64,000 nucleotides of DNA, from assembly GCA_029547045.1 (NCBI GenBank), contig JAKPQL010000076.1:1442-65441 (forward strand). The letters are read 5' to 3'. The notes under the pieces were generated by a model. It was given only the letters and a program-made list of their open reading frames with translations. It ran no database searches and had not been told where the DNA came from. This DNA is from Deltaproteobacteria bacterium. Lineage in GTDB: Bacteria; Desulfobacterota; Desulfomonilia; UBA1062. The position numbers and the translations under genes are program-made. This document shows, in pieces, positions 1 through 11,989 of this stretch (positions are counted from its first letter, which is position 1; every line of letters begins with the position of its first letter).

Positions 1-3121
<3,121 letters not shown>

Positions 3122-3230
3122 GCTTTTCCTTCAGAACAGTCTTCCGTTTCTGTAGCCCTTCGAGACCCGCCGTGCGCACCTCACCGGGCAGCGCACGGAA
3201 GGCCTCGTATCCCTCTCCGGGGAAAGCTGT

Positions 3231-4190
3231 TCAGTTCAGCTCTTTGATCTTCATCCCTTTGGCGGTCAGGGCCTTCCTGTTGGCGAGCAGGTCCCTGGCG
3301 GCGATCCTGTCCAGCACGTAGATCATATCGCCTCCTCGCGCTGCGTATGTCTGGCTGTAGGAGATCGGGATGTCCGGCGTCGGGTCTCCGAGCAGCGAGA
3401 GGGCCACCGGCTCGACCTTGCGCTCGCCGTTGGCAAGGAGGATGACGGTCTTTGCCTTGTAGACGAGTTCCGCGCCCATGGACACGGCATAGTTGGGGGA
3501 CTCCTTCTTCGTGGCGAAGTGGCCGTCCGCCACCGCGTTGGCCACGGTGTTGTCATCGAGCTTCACGAGCATGACGCTGCTCCCCTTGAAGGGGATGCCG
3601 GACTCGTGGAAGGCCACGTGTCCTCTGCCTCCCACGCCTATGATCTGGAGGTCGATGCCGCCCGCCTTTCTGATCTTTTTCGCATAGCCGTCCAGGATCT
3701 CCCTCTTCACCCATGCGAGGTAGGCGGACTTCGCGCTGTCGCTGATGGCGATGGACTTTCCTTTGTCCGTTCCCAGCGCAACCCAGTCCTTCGGGTTCGC
3801 CTTCAGCTCGGCAATGAGCCTTTTCTGCTCGACGAGCGAGCCGAAGGGCACGTTTGTCTCCATGAACTTGTCCCTGAGGAGGCTGAAAAACTCCTGGATC
3901 ATGAAAAAGGCATAACTCTCGGGGTGCATGACCCGCTGCTGGACATTCTCTCCGGGCAGGCCCACGTACTCGTCCAGGTTGAAGCTCATGCAGGCCTTCG
4001 CGTCGAACTCACCCTTGTTGGCGGACTTTGCCAGGTGCTTGTAGAGCCCGGTGGGCGAATTGCCCGTCGCAAGACCGAGGACGGCCCGCCCCTTCTGCTT
4101 CAGCGTCTGCTGGATCTTCTTCTTGGCGATGTCCGCAGCCACCTCGCTCATTGCTGCGAAGTCCTTTGTGACGATGATCTGTATGCCCAT
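3231..4190 (-). CDS. glucosamine-6-phosphate deaminase / 6-phosphogluconolactonase superfamily protein (long NagB-like form)
   Basis: 319 aa. Carries the motifs GLATGNSPTGLY, NLDEYVGL and GVGGRGHVAFHESG typical of the NagB/Pgl fold. An extra internal segment makes it longer than classical NagB. RBS GGGGAGG precedes ATG 4190. Confidence 0.8.
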   Translation of the reverse strand: MGIQIIVTKDFAAMSEVAADIAKKKIQQTLKQKGRAVLGLATGNSPTGLYKHLAKSANKGEFDAKACMSFNLDEYVGLPGENVQQRVMHPESYAFFMIQEFFSLLRDKFMETNVPFGSLVEQKRLIAELKANPKDWVALGTDKGKSIAISDSAKSAYLAWVKREILDGYAKKIRKAGGIDLQIIGVGGRGHVAFHESGIPFKGSSVMLVKLDDNTVANAVADGHFATKKESPNYAVSMGAELVYKAKTVILLANGERKVEPVALSLLGDPTPDIPISYSQTYAARGGDMIYVLDRIAARDLLANRKALTAKGMKIKELN

Positions 4191-4248
4191 GTCCGAAACC
4201 TCCCCTGTAGATGGAATGTGCTGCCGGATGGTGATGCCGCACCCGTGC

Positions 4249-5598
4249 TCAGCCGATTGTCTTCTTTACGAGTTCCGCCAGCTGAGTGCAATACTTCTCC
4301 GTCACGGCGTCCGTCGGGCCTTCCACCATGACTCGGCACATGTTCTGGGTCCCGGAGTAGCGGATCAGCACCCTTCCCTCCTCGCCAAGCTCCCTTTCCA
4401 CCTGGGCGATGGCCTCCTTCAGCTCGGGCACCGTGCCGATGTCCGGTTTGCTCTTCACGTTCACGTTGATGAGCTTCTGCGGGAAGACGTCCATGAGCCT
4501 GGCAAGCTCGGACAGCGGCTTGCCTGTCTTCACCATGGCCGAAACCAGCTGCATGGCCGTGAGGATGCCGTCCCCCGTGGTGTGGTGGTTGAGGAAGATC
4601 ATGTGCCCTGACTCTTCCCCGCCGATGACGCCGCCCATGCTGAGCATGTCCTCGAGCACGTAGCGGTCACCGACCTTGGATGCGTGGTGCTTGAATCCGT
4701 ATTTCCTGCACGCCACCCGCAGCCCGAGGTTGCTCATCACCGTGCTCACGAGGAGGTCGTTCTTCAGCTTTCCCTCCTCCTTGAGGATCTTTGAGCAGAT
4801 GAGGAGGATCTGGTCGCCGGTGATCTCGTTGCCCTTCTCGTCCACCGCGATGAGGCGGTCGCCGTCGCCGTCAAATGCGAGACCGATGGAGGCCCCGTTT
4901 TCCAGCACCTTCTTCTTCAGGTCGCCCGTGTGCTGCGACCCGCACTTCTCATTGATGTTCAGTCCGTTGGGCTTGTTGTGGATGACCTCCACATCCGCGC
5001 CGAGCTCTGTGAACGCCTCGGGCGCAACGCGGTAGGTCGCCCCGTTCGCCGTGTCCAGGACCATCTTCATCCCTTCCATGGAGAGTTCGCGGGGGAAGGT
5101 GTTCTTCAGGAAGACCACGTACCGTCCGTTCACGTCCTCCATGCGGAATGCCTGCCCCATGTCCTTCGAGGCGGGCAGGTAGTCTGCCAGCTTGCCCCCC
5201 AGCATGAGGTCCTCGATGGTGTTCTCCTGTTCGTCGGAGAGTTTGAACCCGTTTCCGCCGAAGATCTTGATCCCGTTGTCCTCGTAGGGGTTGTGGGAGG
5301 CCGAGATGACGATGCCCGCGTCGGCCCGCATGCTGTTGGCGATGAAGGCGATGCCGGGCGTGGGGAGTACGCCCACCAGGTAGGGGTTGCCGCCCATGGA
5401 GGTGATGCCCGCCTCCAGGGAGCTCTCGAGCATATAGCCAGAAATGCGCGTGTCCTTGCCGATGATGATGCGCGTGCGGTGGTTCTCCTTCCGGAGAAGG
5501 TACGTCACTGCCTGGCCGACCTTGAAGGCGATGTCCGCGGTCATGGGGTAGCGGTTCGCCTCGCCGCGTATCCCGTCAGTTCCGAAAAGCTTTCCCAT
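4249..5598 (-). CDS. glmM: phosphoglucosamine mutase
   Basis: 449 aa. Starts MGKLFGTDGIRG, with phosphoserine loop SASHNPYEDNGIK and metal loop FDGDGDR. RBS GAGGAGG. Confidence 0.93.
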   Translation of the reverse strand: MGKLFGTDGIRGEANRYPMTADIAFKVGQAVTYLLRKENHRTRIIIGKDTRISGYMLESSLEAGITSMGGNPYLVGVLPTPGIAFIANSMRADAGIVISASHNPYEDNGIKIFGGNGFKLSDEQENTIEDLMLGGKLADYLPASKDMGQAFRMEDVNGRYVVFLKNTFPRELSMEGMKMVLDTANGATYRVAPEAFTELGADVEVIHNKPNGLNINEKCGSQHTGDLKKKVLENGASIGLAFDGDGDRLIAVDEKGNEITGDQILLICSKILKEEGKLKNDLLVSTVMSNLGLRVACRKYGFKHHASKVGDRYVLEDMLSMGGVIGGEESGHMIFLNHHTTGDGILTAMQLVSAMVKTGKPLSELARLMDVFPQKLINVNVKSKPDIGTVPELKEAIAQVERELGEEGRVLIRYSGTQNMCRVMVEGPTDAVTEKYCTQLAELVKKTIG

Positions 5599-5638
5599 TG
5601 CATCCTCCTCGTAATAGCCGGGTACAACCCGGAATTTT

Positions 5639-6889
5639 CTACTTCCTGAACAGCTCCAGGCCGGGCATGGCTGCCGATACCGCCCTGCAGCAGCTATCCA
5701 CTACACCCTGGAGCCATTTCGTGCCCGTTGCAGAGACGTCCAAGCCCAACCCCTGTATGGTTTCTACGTAGGTGCCCGCTCCGCCCTGCCTCGCCTTTTC
5801 CAGTTCCCTGAGGAATGCATCTCTCCATGCGTTGCTCTCGGAGTCCAGGTAGTCATTCCCCTCGAATACCTCCTGTACTTTGCCCATGGCGCTTCCGAGC
5901 TCCCTCCTCTGGGCGGCTGCCTTCCCGGATACCGGAGGCTGTTCCGCAGAGGCCTGCCTGGCCATGGCCTCGAGCCTCTTGAGCCGCTCTGCCCTGCCCA
6001 GCGAGAGCTTGTCCAAGAGCCCCGCGTGGATGAGCTCCCCGAACTCGGTGCCTGCGAGGAACGGCCTGCGCACGTGGATGTACCACTCCTTCAGGGCAGC
6101 CAGGTTGGCGAGGTAGATGATGTTGTTCTCCACCACGCGGGCCAGGTTCGGGTAGAGTGCCCGCCGGTAGTCCTTCACGCTCCCGGAGGGAACCTTGCCC
6201 GGGATCAGCATGTTGTCGGAGGTGCAGTCCTCCCTCAGTACCGTTCCTGCCGCCACCACATTGCCGAAGCCCATGCGCACGGGACCCACGATGCCCCCCT
6301 GCCCCCCCAGGAAGATGGCCGGCTGGTTCAGCATGACCCCCCGGGGGACATCGCCGATGAGGGAGGCGGTGGTCTTGTCGCCGTCAGGGGTGAAGTTGAA
6401 GTGGATATAGGAGCTCCCCACCTCGCTGTGGTCCTTGCGGCTGGTGCCCCCTGCCATGAGGCAGTCGCAGAAGTTGATGAGGCTGCCCAGCGTCACGAAG
6501 GGGAAGAGGATGGTCTGCTTGAGGCCCACGCAGTGGGCGCCGCCCGCCTCCTCCTCCAGGATGGACCCTTCCCGTACATGGGCGCCGAACCCCATGTTCG
6601 CCTTGTCGAGGAACACAGACTTGCTGAAGTAGCCGCCCTTGAGCTCCACGTTACGACCGATCTGGCAGTTCTCGATGGTGACGGTCCCCTCACGGCCGAG
6701 CTGAGTGCCCGACGATATGAGCGTGTCCTTGCCGTAAATCCTGCAGCCGGGAAAGATCTTGACCTTGTGGCTGGAAATCCGGTCGACGTTCACCTCGTCT
6801 CCGATGTCCAGGGTCAGGGGATTGGGGATGTCCACCCCCTTTTCGATCAGGTGCATGATCTTCTCATGACAGCGTGGCTTCAGTTCCAT
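5639..6889 (-). CDS. left-handed beta-helix (hexapeptide) acyltransferase-like protein related to the GlmU acetyltransferase half, with no nucleotidyltransferase domain
   Basis: 416 aa. A hexapeptide-repeat region (GAHVREGSILEE..., NFTPDGDKTTASLIGD..., GNVVAAGTVLRED) aligns by eye with the GlmU C-terminal domain. It is followed by a helical tail of about 150 aa. Strong RBS GGGGAGGA. Confidence 0.6.
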   Translation of the reverse strand: MELKPRCHEKIMHLIEKGVDIPNPLTLDIGDEVNVDRISSHKVKIFPGCRIYGKDTLISSGTQLGREGTVTIENCQIGRNVELKGGYFSKSVFLDKANMGFGAHVREGSILEEEAGGAHCVGLKQTILFPFVTLGSLINFCDCLMAGGTSRKDHSEVGSSYIHFNFTPDGDKTTASLIGDVPRGVMLNQPAIFLGGQGGIVGPVRMGFGNVVAAGTVLREDCTSDNMLIPGKVPSGSVKDYRRALYPNLARVVENNIIYLANLAALKEWYIHVRRPFLAGTEFGELIHAGLLDKLSLGRAERLKRLEAMARQASAEQPPVSGKAAAQRRELGSAMGKVQEVFEGNDYLDSESNAWRDAFLRELEKARQGGAGTYVETIQGLGLDVSATGTKWLQGVVDSCCRAVSAAMPGLELFRK

Positions 6890-6936
6890 GCGTTCCTCCC
6901 CTCAAGGGTTGTTCTTCATCCGCTACTCTTCTGTTC

Positions 6937-9900
6937 TCAATGATCAGCCTTCCCGATCTGCTCGAAAATCCTGTTCTTGATGACCTCCACGTCCTCGCCC
7001 AGCAGGAACTTCACCGTCAGGCCGTCGAGGTACTCGTCTTTCCAGGGGATGTTGTACTCGTTGATGAGGTTCGTGATGTCGTTGATCTTCACGCCCATGA
7101 TCTCCTTCTTCTGTGCCGTGGTGAGCGTCTCGTCGAAGTCCACCTGGAGCAGGAGCAGGTGGGTGATGTCCCGCTTTGTGCCCTGGATGGGGATGATGAT
7201 GATGGATGCATCGTCAAAGCGGCCCGTTCCCGCATACACCTTGCGTGTGCGGACAATGGTGTTCTTGGTGCCCTTCAGCGGTGCCTTCCGGTCATACCTG
7301 GACTGCATGCCGGAAGCGACGCCCTGGCGCTTCACGATGGAGAGGGTCGTCTGTGGAGTTGGCATGCCCACCTCGTCCAGGCCCTCCACCGCGTACAGGG
7401 TGTACCCCTTGACCCTCCCGACCGCGGTCTGCAGGTTCTTGAGCGTCAGCATGTCCTTGGCTCGCACGCTCTCCGGCGAGTACCCGAGTTCCGAGAACAC
7501 GGCGAAGATGGGCCCCTTGGGCGCCTCGACCTTCCTGCTGGTGCCCACCGTTACGGTCTTGGCCTGGTGGCGGATTGCGTCCACCGGCCGCGAGAGCTCT
7601 TCGATGGCGCGCTTCATGGTGAGGTCCAGCATGTCTATGGGCGAAGACGATATTCTCCTGCCCTCGAACTCCATCCAGAAATCCTCCACAGGGAGCTTGC
7701 CCTTGGCATACTTGAGCAGGAGCCTGATGTCCGAGGACACGTCGTTGCTCAGGGAGGTAAGGGACCCGCTGTCCAGGCACTTCTTGTACTCAGCCTCGAA
7801 GGCGTCAACCACAAGGTGGAGCCCCTTGTCCGCTATGCTCTCGTAGACGGTATATTCCCGCTTCCGGTGTTCCCGCGCGATCTCTGCGAGGGTGGTACGG
7901 AACCCCTTCAGCGTTGCGGCCAGCGCGTCCAGGCTGCAGGCCGCGTAATAGCCCCAGATGTGCCCGGCCAGGGTGTTGAAGATGACTGAGAGCGGGAACG
8001 CGGCGCGGGGAACACGTATGACCGCGTCCGCAATGGTGTCGAACCGGTGCTCGCCCTCGTCGGTGATGACCACTACACTGGCCGCATGGGCCTTGAAGAT
8101 GGCCACGTCCTTGACGATGTCCTCCACGACGATCTCCGGGCTCCCTGCGGCGCACACGAGGATGAGCGGTTCCGAGGACAGGTCGATGTGCTTCTTGTCC
8201 TCGATGATGTCCGACGAGATGGTCTTGTAACAGAGCTCGGAGAGCTTGATGCGGATCTCGTCGGACGCCACCTTGTTGATGCCGCTTCCCACCACGGCCC
8301 AGTACTGCTTCCTCCGGACCAGTTCCCACGCGGTCTTCCTGATGGCATCCCTGCCCTGGATCACCTCCCTCATGAGGCCGGGGGCATCCTCAAGGGTCAT
8401 CAGGTCCCGGGCGATGGCCTCATCAGACATGGTCTTCATGGTCTGCGCGAAGAAGAGCGCGAGTACGTACCCAGCCACGATTTGCGCGTAGAACGCCTTG
8501 GTGGAGGCCACGGACATTTCGATGTCCCGCCCGTCGCTCGTGTAGAACACGCCGTCGACCTTGGTGGTGATGTCCGACTGCCTGCGGTTCACGATGGCGA
8601 TGAGCCGCGCGCCCCTCTGCCTGGCCATGCTCACGGCGCGGTTCGTGTCCGTGGTGGTCCCGGACTGGGTGATGGCGATGACCAGGGTGTCCGACATGTC
8701 CTCCTCGAGCAGGAACCCGCTCAGGTCCGTGGCCTTCCGGGCCTGGACGTTGACGGTCGCGGGCCTGAGGTAGGCGGAGATGGCCTCGGCCACGGCGGAG
8801 GCGGCCACTGCGGCCGTGCCCTGCCCCACCACGTAGATGTTCCTGATCCTGCCCCCACCCATCGCCTCCCTGGTTGCGGGGTCCACGATGCCGTCGTCCA
8901 GGTTGAACACCGCCTTGCCGCCTGCTCCGATACGGTACTTGCCCCGCAGGGTCTTGCGGATGGAGTCGGGGGCGTCGAGGATTTCCTTGATGAGGAAGTG
9001 GGGATGGTCACCCCTGTCGATGTCGCGGGTGGTCATCTGGGCCAGGCCGATGTCCTTCCCGGTGAGGCACAGGGGATGCCCGTCGTAGGACATGGCCTCG
9101 ATGCCGGCAAGCCCGGGGCCCCGGTCATGGTGCAGCACGAACAGCTGGCCCTGGGTTGCCGGGTCGTCCGGCACGCGAGGGGTCTCGCCGTCCATCTTGA
9201 TGAACCTCTGGGTCTCTTCCACCAGACCGTATATCTCGGAGGCGAACATGTAGCCGTTCTCGAGGAGGCCCACGTAGATGGTCTGTCCGCTGCCCTTCTG
9301 GGCGAGGTATATCGTGCCCGGCTCCAGGTTGCTCTCCATGGCGATGGCATGGGAGCCCTCGAAGTCGCACACAGCCCTGCGGAAGGCCTCCTTCAGGTCA
9401 TGGCCCTTGAGGAGGTATCGTTCGATCTGCAGGGGGATGACCTTGGTGTCGGTGGTCACGTCCGGGCTCACGTGCGTGCCTGCCGCCTCGATGTCGTTCC
9501 TGATCCGGTGGTGGTTGTCGATGTCCCCGTTGAGCACCGCGCTGATGGTCCACGCGCCCTGCCCGTAAAAGGGGTAGTCCCTGAGGGCCACGGGGATGCC
9601 TTGGTCCTCCCCGGGCCTTTGGTCCACGGTGTGGCTGTCCACCGGGTGGCAGTTGACCTCGTTGATGGCGCCCACAGAGGCCCAGCGTGTATGGGTGAGG
9701 TACGCCTCCGTGGCGCAGTCCAGACCCAGGGTGACCCTGAGGATGCTGTCCCGGCAGATGTACGCGCGCAGCTTGGCCGTGTTCTCGCCGAGCTCGCCGG
9801 TGATCTGGGCGGTCTTGTACGTAAAGGAGACACTGGATCCGCCCAGGCGTATGGATCCGTTCATCAGGTCACCGGGCCCGGACCGGGAGAGAAACTCTTC

Positions 9901-10776
9901 CAGGTGCCCTTCCTGGGCGAGCATCTGTCTCAGGCCTGCAGCGGCATCCTTTCCCCTGAGCTCCACCATGACCTGGAGTCCGGCAGAGTCGCGCCCCCGC
10001 ACCTCGAGCCGGTCCAGGGCGTTGAGACAGGCATTGATCCTCAGGTACCGGCCGAACAGTGACGGATTCTCGAAGATCCCGGGCCCGGCCAGGTCCTGGA
10101 TCTTGTCGAGATTCCCGATGATGTCAGTCCTCAGTGACCAGGACACGTCCTTCAGCGTGATGAGGCGGGCCGTCATGGCCTCCAGTTCCCCTGGCGGGAT
10201 GCCCCCTGCCTCCCTCTCCAGGGCCTCGTCCTCACTGTCCACAAAGGTCTTGAGCCGCTGCGACACTTCCCTGAGACGGCCGAGGCCGCCGCCGGAGAGC
10301 AGGGCATGCTGAAGGTCCGAGTCCTGCTTGATCAGCGTGATCCCACGGTGAAGCTCCTCCAGGGATCCCGGGTCCAGGTATGCCTCTTTCCCGGTCCTGC
10401 CGGAGATCAGGGATGCCATGCCATGGCCGTACACGGCACCTGCGGCCCTCTCCAGGTCCTCAAGGATGGAACCGTGCGCTGCGGATGAGGCCCGTCTGAT
10501 GCACACGAAGCCGGCAAGCCCGCAGCAGAGCAGGTGGTCCTGGATGGGGAGGAAAACGACGGCCGGCCCGCGAAGGGTCCTCGGGTCTTTCCCGACATAC
10601 ACCCTCCATCCCTGTTTCCTGCGCTCTCCGGCTGTAAACACCTTGAACATGGGGGCCCTCATCCGCCACCGGTCCCTGATGGCAGTGTGGAGACCGTCCA
10701 CCCACCGCCTCAGATGTCCCTTCGACTGCCCTCTATAGCATCCGGAAGACATGACAGGCAATCCCCTATGCCCCAT
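6937..10776 (-). CDS. giant glutamine--fructose-6-phosphate aminotransferase (GlmS)-like protein: Ntn amidotransferase + 2 SIS domains + extra domains
   Basis: 1279-aa ORF. Class II amidotransferase motifs CGLAGFV, RLEVRGRDSAGL, HTRWASVG and NGDIDNH. Two SIS domains (VVGQGTAAVAA...ITQSGTTTDT; VVGSGINKVASDE). A GlmS C-terminus-like AKTVTVG is followed by about 200 more residues. The start is uncertain: ATG 10776 overlaps the carA stop, and ATG 10752 and 10650 have RBS-like AGGGGA/GAGGG. Confidence 0.8.
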   Translation of the reverse strand: MGHRGLPVMSSGCYRGQSKGHLRRWVDGLHTAIRDRWRMRAPMFKVFTAGERRKQGWRVYVGKDPRTLRGPAVVFLPIQDHLLCCGLAGFVCIRRASSAAHGSILEDLERAAGAVYGHGMASLISGRTGKEAYLDPGSLEELHRGITLIKQDSDLQHALLSGGGLGRLREVSQRLKTFVDSEDEALEREAGGIPPGELEAMTARLITLKDVSWSLRTDIIGNLDKIQDLAGPGIFENPSLFGRYLRINACLNALDRLEVRGRDSAGLQVMVELRGKDAAAGLRQMLAQEGHLEEFLSRSGPGDLMNGSIRLGGSSVSFTYKTAQITGELGENTAKLRAYICRDSILRVTLGLDCATEAYLTHTRWASVGAINEVNCHPVDSHTVDQRPGEDQGIPVALRDYPFYGQGAWTISAVLNGDIDNHHRIRNDIEAAGTHVSPDVTTDTKVIPLQIERYLLKGHDLKEAFRRAVCDFEGSHAIAMESNLEPGTIYLAQKGSGQTIYVGLLENGYMFASEIYGLVEETQRFIKMDGETPRVPDDPATQGQLFVLHHDRGPGLAGIEAMSYDGHPLCLTGKDIGLAQMTTRDIDRGDHPHFLIKEILDAPDSIRKTLRGKYRIGAGGKAVFNLDDGIVDPATREAMGGGRIRNIYVVGQGTAAVAASAVAEAISAYLRPATVNVQARKATDLSGFLLEEDMSDTLVIAITQSGTTTDTNRAVSMARQRGARLIAIVNRRQSDITTKVDGVFYTSDGRDIEMSVASTKAFYAQIVAGYVLALFFAQTMKTMSDEAIARDLMTLEDAPGLMREVIQGRDAIRKTAWELVRRKQYWAVVGSGINKVASDEIRIKLSELCYKTISSDIIEDKKHIDLSSEPLILVCAAGSPEIVVEDIVKDVAIFKAHAASVVVITDEGEHRFDTIADAVIRVPRAAFPLSVIFNTLAGHIWGYYAACSLDALAATLKGFRTTLAEIAREHRKREYTVYESIADKGLHLVVDAFEAEYKKCLDSGSLTSLSNDVSSDIRLLLKYAKGKLPVEDFWMEFEGRRISSSPIDMLDLTMKRAIEELSRPVDAIRHQAKTVTVGTSRKVEAPKGPIFAVFSELGYSPESVRAKDMLTLKNLQTAVGRVKGYTLYAVEGLDEVGMPTPQTTLSIVKRQGVASGMQSRYDRKAPLKGTKNTIVRTRKVYAGTGRFDDASIIIIPIQGTKRDITHLLLLQVDFDETLTTAQKKEIMGVKINDITNLINEYNIPWKDEYLDGLTVKFLLGEDVEVIKNRIFEQIGKADH

Positions 10777-11914
10777 TCGGGGTATGTCTCTCCATCAGCT
10801 CCATGAACTCCCTGAAGAGATATCCGGCATCCCTGGGGCCCGGGGCGGCCTCGGGGTGGTACTGAACACTGAAGGCCTTCAGGTCCGGCGCCCTGAATCC
10901 CTCCAGGGTGCCGTCGTTCAGGTTGATGTGGGTCACCTGTGTGTCGCGGGGAAGCGTCTCCCTGAGCACCACGAACCCGTGGTTCTGAGAGGAGATCTCC
11001 ACGCGGCCCGTGATCAGGTTCTTTACGGGCTGGTTTATCCCATGGTGGCCGAACTTGAGCTTGGCGGTCCTGGCGCCCAGTGCCTGGCCCAGGATCTGGT
11101 GTCCGAGGCAGATCCCGAAGACGGGCAGCCTGCCCAGGAGTTCCCTCACCGTGTCCACCAGGCAGGTGAGCGGCGCCGGGTCCCCGGGACCGTTGGAGAG
11201 CAGCAGGCCGTCCGGCTCAAAGGCCAGCACGTCGTGGGGTCCTGTCGCTGCGGGGACCACCACGACCTCGCACCCCTGGGCCTCGAGCATGCGGAGGATG
11301 TTGAGCTTGACACCGCAGTCCATGACCACCACCCGGGGTCTGTCCTTCTTCTCAGGCATTGCGTCAAGGGGCATCCTGGCGTTGCCCTTCCAGATGCAGG
11401 GCGCATCGCAGGTGACGCCCTGCACGATGTCCCTGCCGACGAGCCCCGGATAGGCCCGGACAGCATCCAGGAGGCCCCTGATGTCCCCAGTGTCCGTGGA
11501 GACGACACCCCGCATGGCGCCCATGGTGCGGATGCGCCGGGTGAGCGCCCTGGTGTCGACGCCCTCGATGCCGATGCGTCCGTTCTCCTGAAGGTACGCT
11601 GCCAGGCTCTTCCTGGACCGGTGGTTGCTTGGGAACGGCTGGTATTCACGTACCACGAGGCACTCCAGGTGGATGCCAGCCGACTCAACGTCCTCGTCGT
11701 TGATGCCGTAGTTCCCGATGAGGGGATACGTCATGACCAGGATCTGTTCCCTGTAGGAAGGGTCCGTGAGGCACTCCTGGTACCCGGTCATGCCCGTGTT
11801 GAACACGACCTCGCCGAAGCGGGAGCCCTCTCCGGCAAAGACCCGCCCCCGGTACACGGTGCCGTCTTCGAGCACCAGAACGGCGGGTCCTGTGGAGTTG
11901 CCAGTCAATCCCAT
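10766..11914 (-). CDS. carA: carbamoyl-phosphate synthase small (glutaminase) subunit
   Basis: 382 aa. Contains VFNTGMTGYQE and the catalytic region VFGICLGHQIL (class I amidotransferase). Confidence 0.93.
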   Translation of the reverse strand: MGLTGNSTGPAVLVLEDGTVYRGRVFAGEGSRFGEVVFNTGMTGYQECLTDPSYREQILVMTYPLIGNYGINDEDVESAGIHLECLVVREYQPFPSNHRSRKSLAAYLQENGRIGIEGVDTRALTRRIRTMGAMRGVVSTDTGDIRGLLDAVRAYPGLVGRDIVQGVTCDAPCIWKGNARMPLDAMPEKKDRPRVVVMDCGVKLNILRMLEAQGCEVVVVPAATGPHDVLAFEPDGLLLSNGPGDPAPLTCLVDTVRELLGRLPVFGICLGHQILGQALGARTAKLKFGHHGINQPVKNLITGRVEISSQNHGFVVLRETLPRDTQVTHINLNDGTLEGFRAPDLKAFSVQYHPEAAPGPRDAGYLFREFMELMERHTPNGA

Positions 11915-11942
11915 AGCGCCTCGGAAGGTTTCGTATGCCCGT

Positions 11943-11977
11943 CAGGCAGCCCGGTCCATCGAGGGCCGGGCTGCCTG
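11943..11977 (-). other. perfect 12-bp GC-rich stem-loop between glnA and carA (no U-tract)
   Basis: CAGGCAGCCCGG-N11-CCGGGCTGCCTG read directly. No T-run follows on either strand, so it is not a classical intrinsic terminator. Confidence 0.5.
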
Positions 11978-11989
11978 GTCTGCCATGAT

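Noticed and set aside
8047-10062. 671-aa plus-strand ORF, with several shorter ones, inside the GlmS-like gene
   Set aside because: It is antisense to a gene with clear amidotransferase and SIS motifs. It has the same GC-driven shadow-ORF composition and no RBS or family signature.
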